From an uncultured Bacteroidales bacterium (GTDB lineage: Bacteria > Bacteroidota > Bacteroidia > Bacteroidales > UBA10428), in assembly GCA_963752195.1 (NCBI GenBank), contig CAVVXI010000003.1, positions 282,338 to 346,337 on the forward strand: a stretch of DNA of 64,000 nt, given 5' to 3'. Shown piece after piece: positions 10,701 through 20,695 of the stretch (position 1 is the stretch's first letter; every line of letters begins with the position of its first letter). The position numbers were made by a program, and so were the translations under genes. The notes below the pieces were generated by a model that was given only the letters and a program-made list of their open reading frames with translations, was not told the origin of the DNA and did no database searches.

Positions 10701-13356
10701 GTGGGCGGGCCGACCGCTGCGCGATAACCCTGAAGCTGCCAGTATGCTGTCTTTCAATTCCGATAAGAAGAAATATTCGGTGGGCGACGAAGCGGAACTC
10801 ATTGTTCCCACTGGCGGAGAAGGGCGTTTACTGCTGAGTATTGAATCCGGTTCGCGCATCATCAGCCGGAAATGGATTCCTGCACAGGCAAAAGAAACAA
10901 AAATAAAATTCACCGTTACGGCAGATATGGCTCCCAATGTATATGCTTATGTAACCCTTGTGCAGCCACATGCAAATGTTATTAACGATATGCCGATGCG
11001 TTTGTATGGTGTTATTCCCATAATGGTGGAGGATCCAGAAACGCATCTTCAACCGGTTTTAAAAATGCCGGACGAACTGGAACCCCTGCAAAAGTTTACC
11101 ATACAGGTCAGCGAAAAGGACCGGAAGCAGATGACCTATACAGTGGCCATCGTGGAAGAGGGACTGCTTGATCTTACCCGCTACAAAACACCGGATCCCT
11201 GGAGCCGCTTTTATGCCCGGGAAGCGCTCGGAGTTAAAACCTGGGATCTTTATGATATGGTCATAGGGGCGTTTGGCGGAAAACTGAGCAGCATCATCGG
11301 AATTGGCGGTGACAATGACTTGGTAACAAAGGAATCGGCAGGCAAGGCAAACCGCTTTAAACCGGTGGTTACCTTCCTGGGACCTTTTACACTTGGCACG
11401 GGAAAAACAAATAAACACAACATAAACTTACCCAATTATATAGGCTCTGTAAAAATTATGATCGTGGCAGGACAGGACGGGGCATACGGATTGTCTGAAA
11501 AAGCGGTGCCGGTGAAAAAACCCCTGATGGCACTGGCTACACTCCCGCGGGTGATGGGCCCCGGGGAATCGGTTATTTTGCCTGTAACGGTTTTTGCGAT
11601 GGATAAAAACATAAAAGAGGTGCAGGTGCAGATCAAAACAAACGATTTTTTCATGCCGGGCGAGGTACGGGTGAAAAAATTGTCTTTTCCGCAACAGGGA
11701 GACCAGATCACTTATTTTGACCTGAAAACAGCCTCAAAACTTGGCATTGCCAGGGTAAAGGTAATCGCTACATCAGGGAAGCTGGTTTCAGAGTATGACG
11801 TAGAAATGGATGTAAGGGCTTCCAATCCGCCCATAACCACTTACATAAACGGGGGTGCGGAACCCGGAAAAAACTGGGAATCCGATTTTACATTGCCGGG
11901 GATGGAAGGAACAAATTCGGCGGTATTGGAAGTTTCTGCCATTTTACCCATGGACGCAACCCGAAGATTGAAATTCCTGATCCGGTATCCCTATGGATGC
12001 ATTGAACAAACCACTTCGACTGCCTTTGCCCAGCTGTATCTCGATGAAGTTATGGAGCTCGGCGATAAATTTAAATCTTCCATTGATGAACACATAAAAT
12101 ACGGGATCAAGCGGATCAGTTCATTTCAGCTGTCGGACGGAAGCTTCAGCTACTGGCCGGGAAGCTATTATTTTGACAGCTGGGGGACCTCTTATGCAGG
12201 CCACTTCCTGATCGAAGCGGAAGCCCGGGGATATGTCCTTCCGCCCGGTTTAAAAACGGCATGGATTAAAGCACAGAGACAAATTGCCCGGCATTGGAGA
12301 CCTTCTCCGGCAAAGGATTTGTATATTCAGGATGACCTTGAACAGGCTTACCGGTTATTTACGCTGGCGCTTGCCGGGGCTGCCGAAACCGGGGCAATGA
12401 ACAAACTCAGGGAGATGAAGGGCATCAGCATACAGGCCCGCTGGAGATTAGCCGCAGCCTATGCACTGGCAGGCCAGCTGCAGGTGGCCAAGGATCTTAT
12501 AGCCCGCGAAACGACGGATGTCCCTGCCTATAAGGGCACTTATTCAAGCTATGGTTCAGCCGAGCGGGATTGGGCTATGATCCTCGAAACCCTTGTATTG
12601 TTAAATGACCGCTCCAGGGGCATGCCGGTTGCCCGCAAGATATCGGATATGCTTTCCGCCAGTCATTGGATGAGTACACAAACGACGGCCTACTCAATGC
12701 TTGCTCTTGCGAAATTCAGCAAGGGTATTGCAACCAAAAAAATGGCCTTTTCCTATACCCTGGGAAATGGAAAGGCAGTACAGATCAATACATCCAAACC
12801 TTCAATCCAGATTCCGCTCACCCTTCCAAAAAAATCAGCTACCGGTCGCATCCGGGTGGAAAATAACAATCCCGGGTTGCTGTTTACCCGTGTTGTAATG
12901 GAGGGAACCCCGGAAAGAGGGAACGAAGAGGAATTCAATAACCAGATCAGCCTGGATGTTTCTTATTTTACCACGGGTGGAGATCCTCTGGATGTGAACT
13001 CCTTAGAGCAGGGAACCGACTTTTATGTTTCTGTGACTGTATATAATTCAGGAGATTTCTCACAGCGCCAGCTGGCTTTGACGCAGATTTTTCCCCCGGG
13101 ATGGGAAATCAGCAACGCGCGCATGTCGGAAGCGAATGTGCCGGGTCAAACCGATTATACATACCAGGACATCCGCGATGACAGGGTAAATACATTCTTT
13201 GACCTCCCCCGGGGTCAGCGGAAAACATTTAAAGTGTTGCTTAACGCAGCTTATGCCGGTAATTTTTATCTCCCGGGCGTATATTGCCAGGCGATGTATG
13301 ACAATACGGTCTCCGCACTCAAAAAAGGCAGGGAGGTACAGGTTGTCACTCCCTAA
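7777..13356 (+). CDS. Bacterial alpha-2-macroglobulin (probable lipoprotein)
   Basis: 1859 aa; hydrophobic signal ending IQC; ERGVWRPGD MG2 motif; thioester motif PYGCIEQ; C-terminal DIRDDRV...AMYD. Confidence 0.93.
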   Translation: MKPIFSFRRVFRSLFVFLMIISAIQCKKNRSPVVNPAFTEKIAAFTSGVISSESTIQVVLANDYPGQITRNTPVDKSVFKFDPFLAGQAVWLDNRTLEFRPEKPLVSGETYSVKFYLSKLMKVPRNISVLEFDFSVVRQAFSVEFEGYQTSREDDLVWNTLKGVVNSADFIDDRVLASCFSANQGKEKLKIKWDNSIDRRTFNFVIDSVKRTEQPEKVNISWDATTQVKGVKGESQFEMPALGDFKIMDIRVIQQPEQYIRVTFSDPIRKKQNFDGLVSLGKGISLNFTIEGNILNAYPESRQSGDDNLTLQEGIINILGYPLKNSLTEIITFELAKPQVRLIGHGVILPSSKGLIFPFEAVNLNAVDVKIIKIFENNVGYFLQVNKLDGSNQLKRAGRMVHKQTVLLSHEPVDLGKWNRFYLDLGKLIQPDPGSIYRIEISYRRSYSLYYCEGAQQEKAENVIPEESEDEMDQEVSYWDSYQDYYSEYDDGEYYGGDYDYNERDNPCSSSYYNQSRWVARNILASDLGIIAKTDEESLFCAITSLVSTEPIGNVSVTVLNYQQQPIAKGVTDKDGFVYFPLKKDKPFLIIAQSDKQRGYLRVDDGSSLSLGAFDVSGDAVKKGLKGFIYGERGVWRPGDTLFMTFILEDRQKLLPESHPVIFELYNPQGQLYSRHVKSAGINGFYSMALSTGEDVPTGNWNLKVKAGGAAFEKILKIETVKPNRLKINLAFPVTRLSERTKDVTGDLTVMWLQGSAARNMNVKIGVLMSKEPTSFARYDSYVFADNSKNFSPAEETLFEGTTDENGKASVPAHFGSEHSAPGLLRANFTVRVFEKGGDFSIDRFNMVYSPYSSYVGIKTPEGDKRGLLLTDTTHWVDVVTVDEDGKPLSRNGLEVTMYKLEWHNWWDFDGEQLASYMGNTYNAPIIKKSLSTINGKGRFSFRIDRPEWGQFYLRVSDPVSGHSTGKIVNIDWPGWAGRPLRDNPEAASMLSFNSDKKKYSVGDEAELIVPTGGEGRLLLSIESGSRIISRKWIPAQAKETKIKFTVTADMAPNVYAYVTLVQPHANVINDMPMRLYGVIPIMVEDPETHLQPVLKMPDELEPLQKFTIQVSEKDRKQMTYTVAIVEEGLLDLTRYKTPDPWSRFYAREALGVKTWDLYDMVIGAFGGKLSSIIGIGGDNDLVTKESAGKANRFKPVVTFLGPFTLGTGKTNKHNINLPNYIGSVKIMIVAGQDGAYGLSEKAVPVKKPLMALATLPRVMGPGESVILPVTVFAMDKNIKEVQVQIKTNDFFMPGEVRVKKLSFPQQGDQITYFDLKTASKLGIARVKVIATSGKLVSEYDVEMDVRASNPPITTYINGGAEPGKNWESDFTLPGMEGTNSAVLEVSAILPMDATRRLKFLIRYPYGCIEQTTSTAFAQLYLDEVMELGDKFKSSIDEHIKYGIKRISSFQLSDGSFSYWPGSYYFDSWGTSYAGHFLIEAEARGYVLPPGLKTAWIKAQRQIARHWRPSPAKDLYIQDDLEQAYRLFTLALAGAAETGAMNKLREMKGISIQARWRLAAAYALAGQLQVAKDLIARETTDVPAYKGTYSSYGSAERDWAMILETLVLLNDRSRGMPVARKISDMLSASHWMSTQTTAYSMLALAKFSKGIATKKMAFSYTLGNGKAVQINTSKPSIQIPLTLPKKSATGRIRVENNNPGLLFTRVVMEGTPERGNEEEFNNQISLDVSYFTTGGDPLDVNSLEQGTDFYVSVTVYNSGDFSQRQLALTQIFPPGWEISNARMSEANVPGQTDYTYQDIRDDRVNTFFDLPRGQRKTFKVLLNAAYAGNFYLPGVYCQAMYDNTVSALKKGREVQVVTP

Positions 13357-14428
13357 ACTTTACGACCATTTCCATAAACTGGTCAAAAAGAAATTCGGTA
13401 TCTGTAGGACCACTTGAAGCTTCAGGATGAAACTGGGTAGAAAAGAAGGGTTTATGCTTATGTTTCATCCCTTCATTGGTTTGGTCGTTCAGGTTAATGA
13501 ATAGGGGTTCCCAGTCAGCTGGAAGGGTAGAACTGTCAATGGCAAAACCATGGTTTTGTGAAGTAATGTACGCCTTGTTTGAATCCACAAGCAACACCGG
13601 CTGATTATGGCTTCTGTGGCCGTATTTCAGCTTGTAGGTATTGGCTCCCGCAGCCAGGCCCAGCAATTGGTTTCCCAGGCAAATCCCGTAAATCGGGACT
13701 TCCTGTAACAGTGCCTTCCGGAGATTTTTTATCGTAACATCACATTGCTTGGGATCACCCGGCCCATTGGAAATAAAAAGCCCGTCATATTGTTCGGTTG
13801 AAAAATCATAATCCCATGGAACGAGAATTACGGTTGCATCACGCATAAGAAGGTTCCGGATTATGTTGTACTTCACCCCGCAGTCCACAAGAACGATCCG
13901 GTATTTTCCATTGCCATAAATCTTTTTTTCCTTAATACTCACTTCTTCCACAAGATTGACCTGGTTGGGATCGAATAAGGGCACATCCTGGTTGCCGATG
14001 ATAATTTTTCCCAGCATGGTCCCTTCTTCACGCAATATTTTTGTCAGTTCGCGGGTATCTATACCATACAATGCGGGTATTTCAAATTCTTTCAGCCAGT
14101 CGCCCAGGCTTTTCTCAGCATTCCAGTGGCTGTATTCGCTTGTATATCCGGAAACAATCAGTCCGGAAATATGCATGGCGTAAGATTCAAAGAATTTGTG
14201 CATCCCGTCATGAATATGATTATCCGGCACACCATAATTTCCAATGATCGGATAGGTCAGGGTCAGTATCTGTCCCCTGTAGGAAGGGTCTGTCATGCTT
14301 TCGGGATAACCGGTCATGGCAGTGTTAAAAACTACCTCACCCGACACGGATTTATCAAAACCAAATGAATATCCCCTGAATTCTTTTCCGTCCTCCAGTA
14401 CTAACCTGCTGTCAATTCCTTTTTCCAT
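13346..14428 (-). CDS. carA: Carbamoyl-phosphate synthase small subunit
   Basis: GEVVFNTAMTGY, TDPSYRGQ, SNGPGDP, GICLGNQ, QNHGF, QFHPE. Confidence 0.97.
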   Translation of the reverse strand: MEKGIDSRLVLEDGKEFRGYSFGFDKSVSGEVVFNTAMTGYPESMTDPSYRGQILTLTYPIIGNYGVPDNHIHDGMHKFFESYAMHISGLIVSGYTSEYSHWNAEKSLGDWLKEFEIPALYGIDTRELTKILREEGTMLGKIIIGNQDVPLFDPNQVNLVEEVSIKEKKIYGNGKYRIVLVDCGVKYNIIRNLLMRDATVILVPWDYDFSTEQYDGLFISNGPGDPKQCDVTIKNLRKALLQEVPIYGICLGNQLLGLAAGANTYKLKYGHRSHNQPVLLVDSNKAYITSQNHGFAIDSSTLPADWEPLFINLNDQTNEGMKHKHKPFFSTQFHPEASSGPTDTEFLFDQFMEMVVKFRE

Positions 14429-14430
14429 TC

Positions 14431-15918
14431 TTATTTATTTGCGGTTTTATTCTTCATCATAGCCTGAATGATTTCTTCCACCTGTTCCGGTCCGATCCGT
14501 TTCGCGACGATCTTCTTATTTTCATCCAGGATAAAGATCTGGGGCGTTGAAATGATATCGTATTTCAGCTTAAAATCATACGAATAAGGATTCCAGGCAT
14601 TTTTCCAATCGTATAATCCATGTTCGTTGACGAAGTTAACCCACTTTACCTTGCCTTCTTCTCCAAACAGGGTGCTGATGGCCAATACTTCCACGCCCAT
14701 GTTTTTAAGCGTTTTTTCATAAATGGCGTACAATTCGGGAACCGCTTTTTTGCAATGACCGCAATCGGCTTCCCAGAAAAGCAGCACAAGGTATTTGGCT
14801 TTAATTTCATCCAGCGTACTTTTTGTCCCCACATGCGGATATCGACGCAAACTTGTATCTTTCAGGGCATTTTTAAAATGGTCGGCAGGGACAATCATTA
14901 GTTCAACTTCGGGTGCTGTTTTCCCGATTAAAAGGGGACGTGTTTTATCAACACGGTCCTTCAGATCGGCCATGAATTTTGCATCACTCCACCAGGATTC
15001 AGTCATGTAATATTTATCGGCAATATATACCTGGATTGCATCCATGCCCATAATATTGCTTTTTCCATAATAATTGAAAAGGGTAATGAGCATAAACCGG
15101 AACAGGTTGGAATCCGCCCGGGATTTCTGAATCAGAAAATCGATCGGCCTGTAGAGGGAATCCGGTATTTGTGGGACCACCTTGGTAATGTATGTCATTA
15201 CTTTATCTTCATACAAAGGGGTTCGAAGCAGCCTGGGATCAGAAATATCGAAATTATCAAAATAGTGGTTTCGATAGTAATAATACTGCCAGGTGGAATC
15301 CTTAATATTTCCCTTTTCATCCCGTGGCGCATCGGGAACAACCACGTCAAGTGTTGCTTTCAGAAAATCGGAAACAAAAAGTCCGGGACGTTCGCCGCAT
15401 ATTTTATCAACATGGGCAATCCGATCCTCATTTGTTTTTTTCAGTTCCTCCGTGAGCAGTTCACGGGCCCGGGGATCTTTTTCCGCCTTCAGTTTTGTTG
15501 TAATTGAATCCGCATGTTTACGCAGGTTGACCATGTATTTTTGAAAGTCGAGGAACACCTGGTTCTCATCGGATCCTTTCACTACCATTGATTTTATAAA
15601 ATCGGCCGTATCTACTTCAATGCTGAATTCCTGGTCTTTTCCCATGATAAGTTCAAAATATTTGGTATTGGGCAGGTAAACCAGGTACATGCCTTCAGGT
15701 AAATGGTGATTTCCGGTAAACTGGCCTGTCCCTTTATTATTCAGCTGTATTGTATCGTCCGGGTACATTGATTTGTTCAGATAGTGCCCGAGAATGATGT
15801 TTGTATCATGCAAACCATTGACCTTGATGTGGATCTCGTAACCGGCAGCGAAAGAAGAAAGGGAATAGAAAAGCAGGAACAGAAGAAGTAAATAAAAATA
15901 ATTGCCTTTGCGAATCAT
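14431..15918 (-). CDS. Exported thioredoxin-like (TlpA/AhpC-TSA, DUF4369/DUF5106-type) protein
   Basis: Signal peptide; C-terminal FWEADCGHC CxxC motif and cis-Pro YDIISTP. Confidence 0.8.
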   Translation of the reverse strand: MIRKGNYFYLLLLFLLFYSLSSFAAGYEIHIKVNGLHDTNIILGHYLNKSMYPDDTIQLNNKGTGQFTGNHHLPEGMYLVYLPNTKYFELIMGKDQEFSIEVDTADFIKSMVVKGSDENQVFLDFQKYMVNLRKHADSITTKLKAEKDPRARELLTEELKKTNEDRIAHVDKICGERPGLFVSDFLKATLDVVVPDAPRDEKGNIKDSTWQYYYYRNHYFDNFDISDPRLLRTPLYEDKVMTYITKVVPQIPDSLYRPIDFLIQKSRADSNLFRFMLITLFNYYGKSNIMGMDAIQVYIADKYYMTESWWSDAKFMADLKDRVDKTRPLLIGKTAPEVELMIVPADHFKNALKDTSLRRYPHVGTKSTLDEIKAKYLVLLFWEADCGHCKKAVPELYAIYEKTLKNMGVEVLAISTLFGEEGKVKWVNFVNEHGLYDWKNAWNPYSYDFKLKYDIISTPQIFILDENKKIVAKRIGPEQVEEIIQAMMKNKTANK

Positions 15919-16047
15919 GTTATATAAATTTTACCAGAGGGTTTAAATATTCGAACCGCCAAAATTAGTGATTAATTCCATAAGTTGGTTTCCCGCCTGT
16001 CATGCTTATTTTCTATATTTGGGCAAAATACTAAAAGCACCTGTCCC

Positions 16048-17022
16048 ATGCTTACCCTGAAAGAATGTCAGGAACTTATCCATATACATCTTAAAAAGAT
16101 CAGCCTTCCGCGGTCTCCGTCAAATTTATACGAACCCATTCGCTATATGTTGGAACCTGTGGGGAAAAGAATCAGGCCTGCCATGGTACTGTTGGGCTGC
16201 AATGTATTTTCCGATGAAACAGGGCAGGCTGTTCCTGCTGCCCTGGCCGTTGAGGTTTTTCACAATTTTACCCTCATGCATGACGATATTATGGATAAGG
16301 CCTTGTTGCGAAGAAACAGGCATGCGGTGCATGTGAAGTGGACTCCCAACATTGCACTTCTTTCGGGCGATGCAATGGTAATTAAGGCATACGAATTGCT
16401 GGCGCAGCTGGATACTCCTTTTTTCCCGCAGGTGTTTTCCCTGTTCAATGAAACAGCACTCAAGGTATGTGAGGGACAACAATATGACATGGATTTTGAG
16501 AGCCTCACGGATATTTCCGAGGAGGATTACCTTCATATGGTGGAACTCAAAACGGCCGTTTTGCTCGCCGCCGCCCTTAAAATCGGTGCCATTACAGGAG
16601 GGGCCGATAGTTTGGAGGCGGATCTTCTGTATGAATTCGGCAGAAACATCGGCATTGCTTTCCAGTTGCAGGATGACTTTCTTGATGTTTATGCCAACCC
16701 TCTGACGTTTGGCAAAGAAATGGGCAATGACATTGTTTCCAATAAGAAAACGCTACTGTTGATTCTGGCCCTGAAACTTGCAACAGGCTCTTTAAGGGAG
16801 AAATTGTTATACTGGCTGCAGGCTGAAGATTTTGACAAATCCGAGAAGGTCAGACAGATTCGCATCATTTATGATCAGTTGCATATCGGAGAATTAAGCA
16901 GGGAAAGAGCAAAAACATATCATGAGAAGGCTCTTGCCATGCTCGGAAAACTTTCCTGCACCCCGGACCGGATCATTGAATTAAGAGCCTTTTCCGACAT
17001 GCTCATGGACCGGAATAAATAA
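16048..17022 (+). CDS. Polyprenyl diphosphate synthase (IspA/GGPP synthase family)
   Basis: GKRIRP, FARM HDDIMD..RR, GQQYD, KTA, SARM FQLQDDFLD. ATG 16048 preferred over TTG 15985. Confidence 0.92.
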   Translation: MLTLKECQELIHIHLKKISLPRSPSNLYEPIRYMLEPVGKRIRPAMVLLGCNVFSDETGQAVPAALAVEVFHNFTLMHDDIMDKALLRRNRHAVHVKWTPNIALLSGDAMVIKAYELLAQLDTPFFPQVFSLFNETALKVCEGQQYDMDFESLTDISEEDYLHMVELKTAVLLAAALKIGAITGGADSLEADLLYEFGRNIGIAFQLQDDFLDVYANPLTFGKEMGNDIVSNKKTLLLILALKLATGSLREKLLYWLQAEDFDKSEKVRQIRIIYDQLHIGELSRERAKTYHEKALAMLGKLSCTPDRIIELRAFSDMLMDRNK

Positions 17023-17044
17023 ACGGTACATACTGGAAAAAGAA

Positions 17045-17101
17045 AGGCGTAGTGGAAAACTACGCCTGGCAATGAGAATGGGCGTAATTTGCAACTACGC
17101 C
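17045..17101. terminator. Two related hairpins between convergent genes (REP-like / bidirectional terminator)
   Basis: AGGCGTAGT-GGAAA-ACTACGCCT (17045-17067) and GGCGTAATTTGCAACTACGCC (17081-17101). Confidence 0.6.
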
Positions 17102-17109
17102 GGATTTAA

Positions 17110-20100
17110 TTATTGCGGTTTTACTTTTTGCATATATATCCCGTACTGCCTTGTTGAAATGGAATCCAGCTCAGTGCTCAGCTGTGTCTGGTTGTAATTC
17201 CGGGTTGACATTTGCATATTTTGCAGGATCTGAAAGTTATAGATAATCTGGTCGTTCACACTTGAAATGAACGACGGCTTCTGATCGAGATAATACGTGA
17301 GCTTACCGTTGCATTTTTCAGTGAGCGTCTTAACGAGTGCATTTGCCTTGTCGAACTGGTTGCACTGGTAATAGGCATTGGCAAGCTGAATGATTGTATG
17401 GTCATACGGGATCTTGCTGTCGGGCATTAATTCAATGCAGCGGTCAAGTACCCGGTTTGCCCTGGCAGTGTCCCCTTTTTGGATCAGCTGCGTTGCCAGT
17501 TGTATAAATCGGATCCTCATCCGTACGATCGAAGTCGTTCGAACATGAAAATCATCAAGGTATACATCCGGATCATCCATATTCCCGTAACTGAATTTGT
17601 TCATGAGATTATCATAGAGCTTTTCGGTATCAATCCGTCCGGCCTCGTAACGTCCGTTGCTGTGAGTGAAAATCGGGACAAGCCTGTAGGCAAATCCTTC
17701 CAGCTGCATGTAATCTTCCAGTCCCAGGGTACCTTCATGACCCAGGGAAGCATAATATACCGGACGTTTCCAGTTATTATGCGCCAGGATATCGAGCACT
17801 GCCAGTTCACTTTTGCCCATGCTGTTCCGGGAAAATTTCCATTCAACCGCCTTAACGATTTTATCACGGTCTTCCGGCCTGACAGTTCCGTTGGCCAGTA
17901 CCAGGGCAGAATCGACCGGCATGCTGAAATTCCGGGTGGGGACAAAATTGAATTTCTCTCCGGAGGAAGAGGAAATCTTTGCCTCGGGCAGATCGCTTAA
18001 CACAAAATCAAGGATGTCTTTAATCGGGGATGTTATTTTTGTACGCTCCTGAACAAACAGATAATCACGGGTGCCATTCCTGTACTGGTTTGTATTCATC
18101 GTTACCGGCAAGGGTTCCGATTCATAAGCCTTGCGCTTCATTTGATCGATGTACCAGTCCATATTCAGCAGCATCAGGTTAACGACCCTCACATCCGTGC
18201 GGATCCCTTCCACTTCCTGGGCATACCATAACGGAAATGTATCGTTGTCGCCGTTGGTGAACAGGATGGCATCCGGGGCACAGGTATTCAGGTAATCCGC
18301 AGCAATGTCACGGGCCGTATATCTACCCGAACTGTCATGGTCATCCCAGTTCTGGCTCGCCATTATTCCGGGGACCAGTGCAAGACAAACCACGGTAAGA
18401 CCAACAGCCATATATCCTTTTCTCAGCTTTTCGCCCAGGGAATCAAACAGGGCCAGAACCCCAAGGCCAATCCACACTGCAAACGCATAAAAGGAACCTG
18501 CATAGGCGTAATCCCTTTCACGGGGTTGCAGGGGAGTCTGGTTGAGATAAACCACAATGGCAATTCCGGTAAGCAAAAAAAGGAGCATCACTACCCAGAA
18601 ATTCCGTATATCCCGCTGAAAATGAAATACCAGTCCAAAAAGACCCAGCAGCAGGGGCAGGAAAAAATAGGTATTCCTTGATTTTGCATGGGCATCTTCG
18701 GGCGGGAGGAACCTTTCAGAACCTATGAGCGCCTGGTCAATCGGCCGGATGCCGCTGATCCAGTTACCGCTCAGCGGATCTCCCATTCCCTGGATGTCAT
18801 TCTGGCGCCCAACAAAATTCCACATGAAATACCGGAAATACATGTGTCCAAGCTGATAGGTAAAAAAGAACAAAAGGTTATTTGAAAATCCCGGTGCACT
18901 TTTGGGACTGGAATGATCGTATACAACTTTCCCGTTCTCATCATGGACGATATTTCCCTGTGCATCCTGGCGGGGCTGATACAGCCTGCTTTCCTTCAAA
19001 TGGCCCCAGTCGATATAGGCATTTACATGGTCATTGTCGGAACTGTACATGCGGGGGAATATTGTGGTGTACTTCGGATCGAATTTATAGGAGAGTTTGT
19101 GGTTGGTGACTTTATATTTGCCATCCAGTTTCGAATAGGTACTTTTTCCTTCTTCAATACCCACCGGACGTGCATTAAAATATTGACCATAGACCAGCGG
19201 CCTGTCGCCATATTGTTCCCGGTTCAGATAATACTGGAGGGAAAATACGTTGTCGGGATTATTCTCATCCAGGGGCGGGTTGGCTGAAGAACGGATGACA
19301 ATCATCGCATAACACGAGTAACCGATCAGAATTACTGTGAATGCCAGGAGGATGGTGTTAAAGGTGTAATTTTTCCGTTGATAAGTTTTCCATAGGCCAT
19401 AACAAAGTCCGCCTACCAGGAGGATACAGTAGATAAGCACCCCCGAATTATAGGGCATTCCAAAACCGTTTACAAAAATAAGTTCAAAGCGGCTGGCAAG
19501 CCATACAACGCCGGGTATTACAATGTACATGATGGATGCAAGCAGCAGGAGCGAAATGGTAAGAGCGGCAATCACACCACGGGTGGTCGCTTTGAATTTG
19601 CGGAAATAGTAAATCATTCCTATGGCAGGAATCGCAAGCAGGTTCAAAAGATGCACACCAATGGAGAGTCCCATGAGATAAGCAATCAGGATCAGCCAGC
19701 GGTTTGAATATTTTTCATCGGCTTCATTTTCCCATTTAAGCATGGCCCAGAAAACAACGGCTGTAAACAGGGAAGAGCTGGCGTATACTTCGCCCTCAAC
19801 CGCTGAAAACCAGAACGAGTCCGTAAAGGTATAAGCCAGGGCGCCCACAGCACCGCTTCCGATTACAATAAAAAGATCGGTGAATGAAGGCAGGGAGGTA
19901 CGGTTCTGCACAAGTTTCATGGCCAGGTGAACAATCGTCCAGTACAGGAACATGACCGTCAATGCACTGGCCAGGGCCGAGGAGGAATTGACCATTAATG
20001 CCACTTTGTCGTGATGCGTTCCCGCAAACAACGAGAAGGTGCGTGCCAGGATCATGAACAGGGGAGCTCCGGGGGGGTGGCCCACCTGCAGTTTAAAGGC

Positions 20101-20226
20101 ACTTGAAATAAATTCGCCACAATCCCAGAGACTTACTGTTGGTTCGGTCGTAAGCAGATAAACCAGGGCGGAAATGGCAAAGATGACCCAACCAAGGATG
20201 ATGTTAATGCGTCTGAAATTCTTCAT
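17110..20226 (-). CDS. DUF2723 / TMEM260-like GT-C membrane glycosyltransferase
   Basis: WDCGEF...HPPGAP, FWFSAVEGEVYA, GVHLLNLL, PRERDY, GDNDTFPLWY; many TM helices; TPR-like C-terminus. Confidence 0.88.
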   Translation of the reverse strand: MKNFRRINIILGWVIFAISALVYLLTTEPTVSLWDCGEFISSAFKLQVGHPPGAPLFMILARTFSLFAGTHHDKVALMVNSSSALASALTVMFLYWTIVHLAMKLVQNRTSLPSFTDLFIVIGSGAVGALAYTFTDSFWFSAVEGEVYASSSLFTAVVFWAMLKWENEADEKYSNRWLILIAYLMGLSIGVHLLNLLAIPAIGMIYYFRKFKATTRGVIAALTISLLLLASIMYIVIPGVVWLASRFELIFVNGFGMPYNSGVLIYCILLVGGLCYGLWKTYQRKNYTFNTILLAFTVILIGYSCYAMIVIRSSANPPLDENNPDNVFSLQYYLNREQYGDRPLVYGQYFNARPVGIEEGKSTYSKLDGKYKVTNHKLSYKFDPKYTTIFPRMYSSDNDHVNAYIDWGHLKESRLYQPRQDAQGNIVHDENGKVVYDHSSPKSAPGFSNNLLFFFTYQLGHMYFRYFMWNFVGRQNDIQGMGDPLSGNWISGIRPIDQALIGSERFLPPEDAHAKSRNTYFFLPLLLGLFGLVFHFQRDIRNFWVVMLLFLLTGIAIVVYLNQTPLQPRERDYAYAGSFYAFAVWIGLGVLALFDSLGEKLRKGYMAVGLTVVCLALVPGIMASQNWDDHDSSGRYTARDIAADYLNTCAPDAILFTNGDNDTFPLWYAQEVEGIRTDVRVVNLMLLNMDWYIDQMKRKAYESEPLPVTMNTNQYRNGTRDYLFVQERTKITSPIKDILDFVLSDLPEAKISSSSGEKFNFVPTRNFSMPVDSALVLANGTVRPEDRDKIVKAVEWKFSRNSMGKSELAVLDILAHNNWKRPVYYASLGHEGTLGLEDYMQLEGFAYRLVPIFTHSNGRYEAGRIDTEKLYDNLMNKFSYGNMDDPDVYLDDFHVRTTSIVRMRIRFIQLATQLIQKGDTARANRVLDRCIELMPDSKIPYDHTIIQLANAYYQCNQFDKANALVKTLTEKCNGKLTYYLDQKPSFISSVNDQIIYNFQILQNMQMSTRNYNQTQLSTELDSISTRQYGIYMQKVKPQ

Positions 20227-20359
20227 TCCAAAAGATTTAGTTATTTAGCGTGTTTTATTAAATTTCAGTGCGGAAATAAAAATCCAAATGTATGCGCAAA
20301 TCATTACATTATATTTGTTCGGATCAAAATACGTAAAAATAAACGAATACAGGATAATC

Positions 20360-20695
20360 ATGAATAGAAAAAAAAGCGGGGGGATCGTTTATTCAACCAA
20401 TCCGGAATTCAAATTCACGGAAGAAACCGCATCTCCTGTCACCCTGCCGGCAGGGCAGCAGCTATTGTATATCTGGCTTGATTCAAAAGCCAGGAAAGGC
20501 AAGACTGTAACACTCATCAAGGGATTCAAAGGTGCAGAGCCCGATCTTGAAAGTCTGGCAAGGAAAATAAAATCGCAATGCGGAACCGGCGGTTCCGTAA
20601 AAGAGGGAGAAATTATTATCCAGGGTGATTTCAGGGAGAAAATAATCCAGTTTCTGACCAAAGAAGGCTATAAAACAAAAAAAGCAGGGGGATGA
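20360..20695 (+). CDS. yciH: Translation initiation factor SUI1/YciH
   Basis: GIVYSTNP, RKGKTVTLIKG, CGTGGSVKEGEIIIQGD. Confidence 0.9.
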   Translation: MNRKKSGGIVYSTNPEFKFTEETASPVTLPAGQQLLYIWLDSKARKGKTVTLIKGFKGAEPDLESLARKIKSQCGTGGSVKEGEIIIQGDFREKIIQFLTKEGYKTKKAGG

